From Marsupella aquatica (taxonomy: Eukaryota > Plantae > Marchantiophyta), in the NCBI GenBank assembly GCA_973895155.1, contig OZ316891.1:26653972-26717971 (forward strand): 64,000 nucleotides of DNA, given 5' to 3'. The number at the start of each line of letters is the position of its first letter. Position 1 is the stretch's first letter. A program made the position numbers and the translations under genes. Of this stretch, positions 1 through 12,782 are shown piece by piece. The notes beneath the pieces are model-generated. The model made no database searches. It worked only from the letters and a program-made list of their open reading frames with translations, and had not been told where the DNA came from.

Positions 1-254
1 AGATTCTTACGCATGCTAGGTACATACCTGACTCCGGACACTGTGCGCACAGCGCCATCAAACATTTGAATCTTCACAGACCCAATTCCCTCAATTTGAC
101 AAGAGTGATCATTTCCCATCAGAACTGAACCGTTTGAAATAGAGTAAGAACTGAAAAACTCACAAATGTAACAAATATGAAAAGAGCAAGCACAATCAAG
201 AATCCACACATCATCTGCTCTCCTAGATGACGTGCACAGGGCATACCCCCGGCT

Positions 255-1294
255 TCATAAAACATACTCATCATTGAGTAAATCAGCTTCTCCATCAGCC
301 CTAGCCACATTTGCCGATGAAGTTTCCGCTGCCTTTCCCTTACAGTCTCGCTTGAAGTGTCCAACTTGGTTGCACTTCCAACATGTCACCTGCCTCCTCT
401 GAGGGGATTTACCCTTGGACTTAGATCTGGATTTAGATCTAAACTGGGTTCTACGGTCCCCAGTTGGTCGCTGCATACCCCTCCCACGGTTAACATTGAG
501 GGCAGCACCAGATGATGAAGGCTGTGATGTGATTTGCATCTTCTGCTGAAGATCATCACTAAGCAAAGAACTTACCACGTCATTATATGAAATGGTATCC
601 CTATCACGATGCAATAACACTCGTGATAGGGACTGGTAAGATGGAGGCAATGAACTAAGAAGTTGCAGAGCCTTCGTCTCATCATTCAAAGTCTCCCCAA
701 GGTTTTCCAAGTCAACGACCATGTCGTTGAAAGCATCCACATGGTCTTGCAACTTTGTGTCAGATTCCTTCATCCTGAAACTCATGAGTTTGTAGGAAGT
801 GTAGAGCCGGTTCGACAACTCCTTGCGGTGATACTTGCTCTGCAATTCCGCAAACAAGGATATGCAATCCTTATGTGCACCCAACTGCTTGATGATGGGA
901 GGCATGAGATAGAGTGTAACACACCACACTCCCTGCTCCTGCATGCGGTCCCATTGTTTCTCATCAACATCGTCTTCACGAGGGCTCAGCAGTTGGCCCA
1001 TCCCTGACGCATAGAGCACTCCCTTCACCTGCTTCTCCCATAGCAAGTAGTCAGAGCGCCCATCATACTTTGTCACTTCATACCAAGTCCCCCAAGCTTG
1101 AAAGTCCCCATCTTCTTCTTTGGCACTACCGTGAGCTCCGGTAGTAGTACTGCTTCCTCCACCACACGCCGCACCGGTGATGGTATCGGTGTCACGTGCT
1201 CTTCCTCCTGCTCCTCTCTCTGCCCCTGAAACCGCCGCGGTGATCCTCGTGCTTTAAGTTCCACGTCTTCGAAAAATTCCTCCGAATCACTCAT
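255..1294 (-). pseudogene. Copia gag, frameshifted near 1075-1095
   Basis: ORFs 1073-1294 and 255-1076; motifs KYDGRSDYLLW, LLSSLPPSY and zinc knuckle CWKCNQVGHFKRDC. Confidence 0.88.
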
Positions 1295-2430
1295 ATGAGA
1301 AAATCACAAAAATTGTTGTTTTTCACAACTTCTCAAAAACTCGAAACTCAACACCGCCGCGTAGCCCACAAAGCTAGGAGTCCAATACTGAAAACCAAAA
1401 TCAAAATCGAAATTTGACGGAAAAGTTATTCAAATTTCGGTCAAGGTGGGTAAAACCTTGGGAAACTCCCCCGTTTTGACCACCTCAGGGAATAACTGAA
1501 ATACCAAGTACAACCCATTGTCGGAATTACGATGTGATTGGTGCGCCGCGTTGCCAACTTCAATGGCTACGACCTCGCCAAAAAATAACCAAAAAAGTTA
1601 CCGTTCGACGGATGAAATCTTTGTCGGACGGTCAAAAAATAGTTCTCTGGTTTTTTGGAATATTCTATGACCCTTGTACAGGCCCTGTGGGAATTTTGGA
1701 AGAACAATCGAGGGGCTGACACGTGTCCTCGAACCCCCAAAACCCCCTACCACCCTTCGTCGTCGAAATCTGGTCGCGCGCGCAGAAAATACACACGGCA
1801 GAATGTACTCCTCGACACCAAACGCAAGATATCTCACTCGGGTTTTGACGAAATCAAGATCTGATTTCAGATTTGGAAACTAGACTTCGAGGCGGTGAAG
1901 ATCGATATAAGAAGCACCCAAAACGAGGAAAGAACGAGGGAGAAAAAAATTGGTAAAGATGACAGATTTCTCTCAATTGCCATAGCCAATTTCGAATCAG
2001 TTTTTCAAAGAGAAAAAATGGTACCTTGTCAACAACGAATGTTGATCAATTGCACTTGGTGCCGTCACCAATCCAACAAGGTAATTGATTTTTCTTAGCC
2101 TTCCTCTTTGCATCAAAGAGCCAATCCCGGACTCAAAACAATCGTCTTGCCTCAATCTCTCCGTTGAGTCAAAACACTTGACGCTTCTCCCTCCGAGTCG
2201 ATTGTCAACTTTCTTCACAAAATCCAGAACGACGAAAACTTAGATCTCTCTGCACCACGAGCTCCGTTCAGCGATTTCTTCACACCGTTAGAAAGCTCTT
2301 GCCCCGATCTATCCGTTGAGCCCATAAACTCCAAGTTCCATGTGACGGAACTCCGGGAAATCCACCGACACTCAACGCTGGAAAAACCGTAATGAAATCC
2401 CGTCACGAACACACGTCACCTCCCAAGCAT

Positions 2431-2442
2431 GCTCTGATACCA
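2431..2442 (-). promoter_or_regulatory. Primer binding site for initiator tRNA-Met
   Basis: Plus strand gctctgatacca = TGGTATCAGAGC on the minus strand, the canonical plant PBS. Confidence 0.92.
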
Positions 2443-2444
2443 AT

Positions 2445-2865
2445 TGTTGAGCATAGACGACGATCGCAACGGCAAGCCCATGAACCATCCAACGCACAAT
2501 AGTCGACACAAGAGATATGTGGTTCACCTCCTTGAGGCTACGTCCACGGGAACACACAAGAGAGCTTTACTGAACTCTAAGCCCGTCAGCTATACCGAGT
2601 CTCCACAGTGTAAGCTCTCCCTATCTCTCAAGTGGCTCCATAACAATGAGCCTTGGTTCTACCTCTCCAAGCACACATGCCTCTTATGATATAGTGTGCA
2701 ACTTAGTTGTACCTAACCACATAGTTGTACCTAATCACGTAGTTGTACCTAACCACATAGTTATACCTAATCACATAGTTGTACCTAACCACGTAGTTGT
2801 ACCAACCCACGTTGTTGTACCAACCACGTCATACCTAACCTAGACGTAAGAGTAAATACCCAACA
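2445..2865 (-). repeat. 5' LTR (421 bp) of the copia element
   Basis: TGTTG at 2445 and CAACA ending at 2865 form inverted termini; 2 nt from the PBS. Confidence 0.88.
2703..2840. repeat. 18-bp minisatellite (tagttgtacctaaccaca, about 7-8 copies) inside the copia LTR
   Basis: Direct inspection; explains the VVPNH repeat in ORF 2646-2843. Confidence 0.9.
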
Positions 2866-5800
2866 ATAACCACATCCCACTAGCGTTGCGCCCATTAGTT
2901 CGGTCATCCTTGTTGCAACTCATGCAGCTTATCTTGGCGCATCCTATCGAGGTCTCCTATTGGTCTTTACTCATGCTTTTTCCACAGTGGACTCTTACCC
3001 TCCCTAGTCACGGTGGTCGCGTGGGTCATCGTGAGACTGCCTCTCGTATCCATCGTTTTCTGCGGGGAGATTGGGAACAGCTTCAGGAAGAGTACTTTCT
3101 TCGAGCCCGTTCCTTTACTACCCGTGCTTTGTTTGACCCAGCTCGCCACTCTCATCCTCCAGAGCACAGACGCCTTCGTCGCTCTTGTCGTTTGGCCCAG
3201 GCTGGTGAATATCGTCGTGCGGTCCAAGCCCTTTCTCCCACCACACCAGCCCCCCTGGCGAGGTCACCTTGACGGCCCTTCAGGATCTCCATCCGCAGCC
3301 CTATGATCAGCTCCCTTTGTTCGTGGAGGATTTTGAGCCTGAGGAGGATCTTTAGTTTAGTAGGGACCACTTCACCTATGCTTTCCTCCATGCTCCGTGT
3401 TGCGCGGCTGGTGGCCCCTCTGGCTATGTCTTTGAGCATTTTCGTGATTTATTCCCCCTTGAGGATCCTCAGTCTGGTTTTCCAGTTTTCTTCTCCTTTT
3501 GCCAGTGTATTGCTGCCGGCCGTTTGCCTCCTCCCGTCTCTTGGCTTTTGAGTGCTTCTCGTTTATTGGCCATGGCTAAGTCTTCACCGGGTGTTCGGCC
3601 CATAGCTATTGGAGAGGTTTTTCTTCGTCTGCTATCTCGCGCACTTTCATCGCAGTATCGCTCTGCACTATCGGATCATCTCTCTCCACATCAGTTTGCA
3701 GTGGGCGTTCCTGGCGGTTGTGAGACAGTTATTGCGGGTATTCGTACTACCTTGGACCTCCACCCTGATTGGGTTGTCCTCCAGGTTGATGTCTCCAATG
3801 CTTTCAATACGGTTTCTTGGGCAGCAATTGTTCGTGCTTTGAGGGCAGCGGATCCAGACATCCAGTCCCTTATCCCCTTTGTCCGTTGTTTTTATGGGTT
3901 CGAGGCCCCCCTCTTCTATAGTCATCACACCTCTACACGAGCGTATACCACTCTTTCTTTTGCAGAAGGTACACGTCAGGGTGACCCTTTGGGTGGGCCT
4001 CTTTTTGCCATTGCACATTTTACTGCTTTACGAGAAGCCTCCGCGGCCCACCCCCAGTGTATCTTCCCCTCCCTTTCAGATGACACCCACATCATTGGTC
4101 CACCTGTTGCTGTTACTTCTGCCCTCGCCACCCTTTCCACCCATTTGTTGGGCCTCGGTTTACGAGTTTAGCCGGTGAAGAGTCGTGCATGGAGTCCAGC
4201 TGGGTTACCCTCTGATCTTGCGCTTCCCCCTGGGTTCTTATGTCCTACCGACGGTCTTCGGGTCCTTGGCTCCCCAGTCGGTACCGCCTCCTTTTGCTCA
4301 TCTTTCATTGCTGACGCTCTCCAGGCTGCCTTAGCCCCTACTCCTATGCTCCCTAAGTTAGCAGACTCTCAGGCAGCATTTGGGTTGTTGTTGAGATGCA
4401 TCCACCCTCGTGCGTTCTATTTGGCTCGGACACATCCCCCTACCGAGGATCTTTATCTACACCTCCGAGCGTTTGATGTCTCCATTCGTGAGACTTTGGC
4501 CTCTCTTTTAGGGCCAGGTACTTTACTCTCATCTCCGTGGCTTCATCGACAGCTCAGTCTTCCTATTTCTCACGGTGGTTTTGGGCTTACTTCCACTGAG
4601 CGCCTTGCACCTTTGGCCTTCTTGGGCGCGTGGGCGGCCACCTTCTCATTGTTGGCTGATCGTTTCCTTACTGAGGATCGACCTTTTTTACTTTCATCCC
4701 TCATGGAGGTCGAGGAGGGTTCCCTCCCATTTCAGGTTCATTTGCGCACGGCGCGGTCATCATTACCCGATCCTGTTCGAGCTGCGTTACCTTCATTCCA
4801 GGAGTTTTTATCCTTGGACCCCGTCCGTCTTCAGGCAGACCTTGCTGGGCGTATGCATGCTTTCACCCTTTCCAGCATCCTCACCGAGACACCTGACACG
4901 GACCGAGCTCGGATTCTTTCTTCCGGGGGGAAAGGCGCAGGAGGCTGGCTTCAGGCCAATCCAGTCATTCCTCACCTACGGATGTCTTCAGCGGAGTTTG
5001 CGACAGCCATGTGTCTTCGTATGGGCTTGCCCCACCCACTTCTTGCTGGTTTACCTCCTACTTGCAGTTGTGGGAAGCCTTGTGATGCCACAGGTGTCCA
5101 TCTTCTTCGATGCAGTTTGGGCGGCGAAACCATTTTTGTTCACGACGCTGTGAGAGATGCGACTGCTCAGGTTCTCTCTGGCTCTTTGGTCTGCGCGCGG
5201 CGGGAGGTGGTGCTCGAGTTACCTGGTCCTCCATCACAGCGGTTACGGGTGGATCTTACCATGGTCCGTGACGGTCACCGTACTTTGGCAAATGTAGTGG
5301 TGGCAAACCCATTGCGCCAAGACATCATTGGGACAGCGACAACAACGGCAGGGGCAGCAACATCACGAGCAGCAACAACAAAGGAGACCAAATATGCTGC
5401 ACGAGCTTCATCTGATAGCTTCTTGCCCCTTGCTCTTGAGATATTTGGGCATCTCCATCATCAGTTCGACGGGCTTCTTCGCCAAGCTGCTCGGGATGTT
5501 CACGGCCGGATGGGTCCCACCGGGCCCCCGCTATCTGTTTTGACCACGCACTTTCGCCAACGCATTTCAGTCACCTTACAGCGTGCTCAAGCTCGGGCCG
5601 TCTATCGTCGATCTCTGATAGTGGGTGCTAGTGTGATTCCGCAGCGGCTAGCCCCCCTAGAGGACATTCCTGTCCCACTTGCCGATCTAGTTTCGACACT
5701 TGATGTAGACCACTAGCTTGTTGCCACATTTGCTAGGTATGATGAGGACCTCGGTCCATTTGCGGTAGTTTTAGTTACTCTTTCTTGGTTTTTAGGGGTT

Positions 5801-5960
5801 TCTTTTTGCTCACTTCTTTTAGTTCCTCTTTCTTGGTTTTTAGGGTTTCCTTTTGCTCACTTCTTTTGCGTTTGGTTTTGTCCACTTGGGACCTCTCTTG
5901 TTTATTCTTTTGTACTCTATTTGGCCTTTTTCTGTATAAAGTATGTGTATATTTTTTTCT
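2866..5960 (+). mobile_element. CRE-like non-LTR retrotransposon (RT plus C-terminal restriction-like endonuclease), degenerate and interrupted at its 5' side by the copia element
   Basis: RT motifs VRPIAIGE, QFAVG, LQVDVSNAFN, GTRQGDPLG, SLSDDTH. Then CSCG..HLLRC, HDAVRD, RVDL, KETKY and FLPLALE (RLE). Frameshift near 3270, stops near 3353 and at 4169-4171. ORF ends at 5716, followed by a T-rich 3' UTR. Confidence 0.85.
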
Positions 5961-5989
5961 TTCAGCAAACTTCAGTTTTGAAACATTTT

Positions 5990-6807
5990 CACCTTGAAAA
6001 CATTTTTCTTGACAACGCTTTCTCTCAACTACTTACTTCATGTATTTCTTACTTCCTGCTTTCTCCGAGGCTTTCTCTCACCTTGACATTTATTTCTCTC
6101 CTTGGCATCCATACCTCACCTCAACATATTTTCTGAACTCAACTTCTTAGCTTTTTCTCATCATTCTCTCCATCTTTATCTCACCACGACACATTTCCCT
6201 GACACTTGACAGATTTTCCTCACCTTATATATTTTTCTCACCTTGCCATCTTTTCTCTCATAGACATAGGAATCCATCCATGCATATAAAATGCTTGTCC
6301 CTCTACCATTTTCTACCACTATTATACCCTATCCCAAATGGGTCCATATTTAAACTAAGAAAAAAAACAGGAACTAATCTTGACCCTTCATCAAAATATT
6401 GATGTTTAACACCATCAGATCTATCCATAAAGTGCTCCATCTAAAATAAATGTATGCCCAAGCTGCCCTTTAGCCTGCACCTGCCTAAGATGAAAACCTT
6501 CATTAAAAACAAAAACTTTGAAGATATCTCACCCACAATATATCTCACCCTCAAAGTGAATCGTTGAATATATCTCACCACAATATCTTCCCTTCACCCT
6601 CCACATCTTTTCTCTCATTGACATATTTTCCTCATCTTTACACCTTTTTTTCACCTCAACATATTTTTCTCACCTTGACTTCTTTCTTCACCTTGACATT
6701 TTTTTTCTCGTCAAGATCTATTTTTCACCTCAACATCTTTTGTGCAACACACACATGTTGTTTCTCTTTCTTTAGCTCTTTCACGCGCGCGCAGCGAGGT
6801 AGGCTAG
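5990..6807 (+). mobile_element. Probable non-autonomous Helitron, 3' portion
   Basis: Degenerate ctcaccttgacat repeats of the same family as 39135-43900 (opposite strand); GC-rich hairpin remnant then CTAG (6804-6807) followed by T; 5' end not found. Confidence 0.5.
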
Positions 6808-6884
6808 TCATTCTATATCAACTGGTGAGTGTTCAATGCCTGGTGAATGGGCTGGTGAAACTGTGTTTAGGTCTCCCGGAGCTA

Positions 6885-7025
6885 CTTTGTCCTAAAGCAA
6901 TCCAAATTTCATAACAGGGCAAACTTAGCTTTGGAGGAGTGGAGACCAGGAGCTGCTTTGCCCTAAAGTAATCCAAATTTCAGAACAGGACAAACTTAGC
7001 TATGGAGGAGTAGAGACCAGCTTTG
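6885..7025. repeat. Tandem duplication, 2 copies of about 70 bp
   Basis: ctaaag(c/t)aatccaaatttca...aaacttagct..ggaggagt.gagaccag occurs twice. Confidence 0.8.
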
Positions 7026-7940
7026 CCCAATAGGAGAGGAGAATACAAGTCTCCTGTTAGTTTCAAGGTTAATCATTTTTAGCCTGTGATTGGAGTGGTC
7101 ATTGTGTATATCATCCTCTATGTACCTTCAAAAGCCTTTCATTCTGTTTCACTTACAAAACTAGCCTAATTACCTGTGGGTATCCTAGGAAGGGCTCCCC
7201 ATACCCATGCATCCAGACTCCCATGCCGGTTCTACTCACAAGCATAGTTCAACTATCAAACTATGTTGTTAGAGAGAAAAATTATGGCTTATGGGTTTGG
7301 TGTGCAGACTAGATCAGGAAAGATACTTTGATGGCAAATTACAAATAAATGCCAAAGTATTGAGCAGCAGCCCAAGTGCCCTTCTTTGAGCTGACATTGG
7401 TGAGTACAGAGAAGCCCTTGGACCATTTTCAGAGACTAGCCCATTTTCAGGGCTTGCCCTGATTTTGTCTACCCATTTTTCACTAGCACCCCAAACTTAT
7501 GTCCCAGAGTCATGATCTAGAGATTTCCCTGTAAATCACAATTGCCCATTCAAGAGCTACTGGTTATTCATAGGATCCAAATTTTACTATTAACAATAAA
7601 TTTTTCACAAAATCATAGAGCACATTAGTACTTAGAGAGGATACCATGACCTGAATGTGGGAAAATGAGAAGTATTGCACACTTATATGGACAATTGTAA
7701 TTTAATAATTAGTAGACCCTGAAAAATAACTTTATATACTGATTATAGAAGGATTGGCTTGATGGGACCCCAAAAATAAATTATGTTACTTGATAATACC
7801 CATAACTCCTGAAGTTTTGGGTAATTTGATTCAAGGTCAGGATAACTCAGGGGTCTATCAAGAAACATGTTTAATTTTGGGGTTCCATCATACAAATCAC
7901 TTCTCGATTGTATACTCAAATGACTCTTACATTGTAATGC

Positions 7941-8005
7941 AATCCCCATGTAAGTGCATCTTGGGGCTGACATAATCCCCATGTAAGTACATCTTGGGGC
8001 TGACA
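7941..8005. repeat. 33-bp tandem repeat, 2 copies
   Basis: aatccccatgtaagt(g/a)catcttggggctgacat occurs twice. Confidence 0.85.
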
Positions 8006-9859
8006 TAGCACTGATACAAAGTTTACTGTCCCTAAAATTTCGGCTACCCGGAAACAGTCTTGTCTAAGGGATCTTGGGATGGCAGTAAATGGTACGAGAA
8101 ATCGACGGCGGAAATCATTGAGGGACACGTTGACCGTTAATCGCTATCGCCATCAATGCCCTCTCTCTCGGATTCTGTCCATACACGATTTCCGAGGTTT
8201 CTCCCGTGGTTTCCGGTATTGTTTTTGTCCCGGTCTTGTCTGTCTGTCCGCTGTTCACCGCAAATCAGGGCACAAAGTCCCGAGTTTAAGAGGCCCCTTA
8301 ATGACCGGAGAGGATCGACGGTCACAATATCCCTCGATTTTGGGGCTCATCATCGCCGCCATTGATGGTCTGTAGACTGGCTATCTAGGGACGCGGGTAC
8401 TGTCCTCTGGGGAATTGGGACCTACGGAGAAGTCCCAGGCTTCTGTCTTCATCTAATCGCAGTCACCTGACTGAAAAGGCTGCCAACCCTCACAGTTTAA
8501 CCCTGGTTAGGCTTTGATTTGGGAAGGAAGTCCTTAGATGGTGAGATGGCCATTTGAATCAAAGTGGTAATTTGGGGTGGTTATTCCTTAACCATCACTA
8601 GCCATGATAAACATCAGGTTTCACCATAAATAGTATCTTTCCCTGAATTTGTGGATGCAATATGGAATGGGAGAGGAAAAAAATGGCCCAAAAATGAAAA
8701 AAGGAGAAATTTTGGACACTCCCCCTTTTATATGGCTAGTGGTATAATGGGACCAGTCTGTGGGCCTGTTTTTTAAGACCCCACCACGCCCTGGTCTGGG
8801 TAGTGTCCCAAAGTGTTTTTCCTCCAGAAAGTGGCAGTCCTCCACTCCACAAGCTAGCAAGGCAAAGTTGTCAAGACCAATTGATAACTGCAATAAGCCC
8901 TCTGGCTATGGATCAAATGTCTGCAGCTGCCCTGACAAGCACATTAAACATTGGTTTAAGATTTCTCTTGTCATTCTAACTGCAGCTGGCCATTTTTTTT
9001 TGAGTGTGAAAGCAAGTATTCAAAGAACCCTAAACAACTAGGCTGGCATTTGGCAAATAGTTGTGTATGGGGCTGGTGTGGAGGTTGTGTAGTTTCTTTG
9101 CTGGTTGCCATATTGGCTCATTTGGTTACGTGGCCCTTGCGCTGTGGAACTGGACAAGAGAGTTTTTTTCCCACACAATGTTTTTGTTTTGTTGTGTTTG
9201 ACAAGACACAAAATCCTTTGGGTTAGTGGTAGGTGTCATTTGCCAGGTAAGAGTCTACAGTAGCTTTTTTTCTCCAACAGGAAAATGGTCACCATGTCCA
9301 TGACCAAAAGGGCTCTTTGGTCAGACAGCCGCCAAGCTAATTGTCGTTTTTCTTTTGCCTTTGTATTTTTAACTGTCCATATCCCTCGCTTTTGATTAAT
9401 TATGTTCCATACAAAAATGCAATTTTGTGACGTTCATCAGTGATAAAAATGAACGATCAGGCTTGCTTAGAATGAGAAATTATCTCATATTCAACATTAT
9501 AACATCACAACCCATTGTCCTTACGACATTTCTTTGAAAAAATGTTGCTGGGACCAAATAGCCCGGATACATACTTTAATTGGGCCAGTTGCTTGCCATG
9601 TAGGATCAAAAGACACTATATCTGAATGGGGCCACTAGTTCTTGTAAAGCTAACCATTTGTATTCATTATGAGGTCCAGATATAACCGCCTAGGGAATAG
9701 AAAGAAGCAATGGGGCCCAACTTCTTGTAAAGCCACTGTTAGCCATTCTAAGAAATGTACAGTTCCCATTTAATCTCAACCAAAAATTAACAAAATAGAG
9801 TTGAGCCCTTGCTCATGTATAGTCCACCAGACAAACTACAGTACTAGATTTAAATGGGA

Positions 9860-12782
9860 TTATTGTAGCTTTGGGCAGGGAACTATTTGAGAGGCTGAGG
9901 GACATGTGTTGAAGCAGCCCTGTTTCATTGCAGGGTCAGCCTCCAAAAGAGGTGGAACCTGGCCAAAGATCATCTTGCAACTTAAATCCTCAAAATTTGG
10001 CTCCATTGTCAAAGGCATCCTGCAAATGTTTGACAGTAACAAAATTAGGAAATTGCGACTTCCACTTGAAAAGGTTCCTTTAACCCAGCTCCACTTACAT
10101 GTTGAACTCTGGTGATTTGTTCCAGCATTAGATCCCAATACTTGCACTTGACGGCCTACAGAATTGGTACCCTTCCCACCAATATGGATTCTTGTTTTTG
10201 AAGGCCCCACAATTACCCAAACAAATTTACTTGCACTATTGATCTCATATGCTGTTGCCCTCATTAATCAGGTGACACTCCAAAACTTGGAGTACACACA
10301 CATTAGTGTGCCACAGACTATTTATTTCATGCGCCATATTGACATGTAAGAAAGACATGTTTCAAGAGTGAAAATTGAGGAAAGAAACTGTTCTATGAGA
10401 GAGCAAATATATTACTTACAAAATAGACAAGGAAGACACTGTTGATTTTCGTTTCTCAACCTAGTATGTTAACCACATAATATGCTTTAAAGTGAAGTTT
10501 TTTCAAGATACTGAGGAATCAAATGTCATACAATATTGCAAATGTGAAGTTACATACCCGAGTTCTTCAGTGAAGAAATACTGAGTTGGGGCTTTGCATA
10601 AATTGATGCACATGCCTGTGCAGCCACTAGTTTCCAGGTATCGACATTTCTGTATTTGAACGCCACTTTGTAGAACTTTCTCACCGATTTGAACCTCAAC
10701 CACCTGCACTCAATTAACGTTGAGCTTGTGAGCCAACTTGGGATGGGGTCCTGATCTAGGTCTAGAGTCAAGCTAATAAGAAACAGTGGATCGACAGAAG
10801 GAAAAACTAAGACCCATCTTGTATACGATATCCCTTACAAAAAACCGCTGAATGGAGCTTCTTCTAATTGATCTACATCTACTCATACTTAGCCTAGTTT
10901 TCAGTCACACTCCGGGTATTCAGAGAGGGGACCCAAATTTGCATCCTTCAGGGTTGGGCCTCATTAACATCCTTTTAAATTATCCTCATAATTCATTTGG
11001 CCTCATTGGCCTTCCCACTCCCAAAAAATAAAACCAAAAAAACTATCCATTCAAACTGCACTTTTCTGTCATGTGTCTGAAAATATGCCACAGGATGCCA
11101 TTATTTTTCATGACCATGACATGCATGATAGCTAGTAACTTTGGAACATACTAGACATATCCACAAAGGTAGTGACTGTTTTGGTGCAATTTTTTGTAGA
11201 TTAAAAAAAAAACCCTACCCTCAAATTTTAACCAGGCATGCTGGTTGGCTCCTTCACAACAAAAAGTGGCACAAAATGAAGAAAGCAAAAGAGAATTTTT
11301 GTTGTTGTATAAACTTGTTTGGCAATCAAATAGAAAAGTAAAACGTTTTTCAAAAACAGTCACCAACTACTTGTGATTCTGATTTAAACATGGCAAAAGA
11401 ACTAGATTTGTGTTAAATCCTCGTTGGGGTAGAAGGTGCAGCAATTGTCACAGATTTCAAGCTGAAGGTGTCATCAGAAGATCACCTGACATGGACCAAC
11501 GAGCCACTCGAAGAACAAAGGCGTAATTCGAGCATTCAACTCTGCTCCCCAATCTGAGTAGGGGAAAAGCTTTCGGAACCAATCTGGAACACGAGGAAAT
11601 CCCTGTTTCCAAACACAGTGAACAAACAAAAGAAACCAACACAATCAGGCCCAAAGTAGATTCTCGTAGCCGGAATTGAGCAGAGCAAGAAATTCAGCTG
11701 CCTGTCTAGATTTGAAAACCAATGCTACATCCAGAGGCTTGAGCACAGACCTTCCGAGGTCTTCAAGGATTTCAATTTACTTCATCGCAAATACTCTAGA
11801 TTTGAAAACCAATGCTACATCCAGAAGCTTGAGCACAGACCTTCCCGAGGACTTCAAGGATTTCAATTTACTTCATCTAAAATGCTGACGTGATTTTAGG
11901 GAGAAGACTTCAAGCATCCGACGCTGTCTTTCAGCACTTTGGAAACCCTGGCCCAGACACGGACTATTTCTCCGGTGGGTAAGCATGTGTAAATTGGTTT
12001 GAGCCGGTTTATTGTGAGCTTCGAATTGGAATTTCTGTCGAAGGGAGCCAACCGCATTGATTCTTACCCAGGGAAAATTTTAGATTTGGAAGGTATGAGA
12101 AGCAGAAATTTCATAACAGATTAAACCGACACGAGGTCGCATCAGAAACGAAATGTTCCACTCTTTGATTTGTACATTTGGGAGGAGAGAAGAGATGGGA
12201 TTGTCACCTGCAGGACTGCAGCTTGTTGCTGGGCAGCGGACCGCCCTCGCATCATTGCATGCGATACCTCCACCATTCCCAGATAACCTTCCTCCCAACT
12301 CCTTGGTGACTGCAGCATTTCACCATTACAGAGCTTCGGGTTCAGAGAATGAAACGATGCTCACTCATGGGTCAAATTAGAGCCAAGTTTTCGCCTGGCA
12401 GAGGAGGATGCTCGCAAATGAAGCTGATGTATGTGTGTGTCAATCACAAGAAGGTGGTCTGCACAGTCACCTGCCAGTTCGCCACACGGCCAAAGGTTTT
12501 CCGGCATCCATTGATGAACGCTAGGTCAAGCCAAGAATCGCTGTACTCTGTCAACTGGCCAACTCCAGCTCCAGCTCCAGCTCCAGCATCTTCTTTCACA
12601 ATCGAATTCTGTACTTGCCGAGAGGACCTCACAACTAGGGAGACACGAGAACCCCAAGAACGCAATGGCTCTCTTCCTGCATTTGTCACATTTACTAAAC
12701 GGTCAGAGTGCACCCTTCCAAGGCTTGGGCCTGTCAGGACGTTGCTTGGAGGCCGCTGCCCCAGGCACTGCGGGTCCAACAT
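9860..12782 (-). CDS. D27-like: D27-like beta-carotene isomerase (DUF4033 family), 278 aa; exons 12782-12471, 12309-12208, 11602-11486, 10703-10558, 10019-9860
   Basis: All junctions GT-AG and in phase (837 nt). Motifs [82 protein letters not shown]. Ser/Arg-rich N-terminus resembles a transit peptide. Confidence 0.93.
11706..11878. repeat. About 90-bp tandem duplication in D27-like intron 2
   Basis: tctagatttgaaaaccaatgctacatccag...atttacttcatc occurs twice. Confidence 0.9.

Larger units (their letters stand above)
1..2865 (-). mobile_element. Ty1/copia LTR retrotransposon, 5' part (5' LTR, PBS, leader, gag, start of pol); continues past the window start
   Basis: LTR 2445-2865 has TGTTG...CAACA ends; PBS at 2431-2442; copia gag with CCHC knuckle; protease region WILDCACSFHIC and GSVLMGNDHSCQIEGIGSVKIQMFDG at 1-230. 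Confidence 0.93.

Noticed and set aside
8009-8440. CACTG-starting end followed by gggac/gtccc repeats, like a CACTA terminus
   Set aside because: No convincing partner TIR or TSD found
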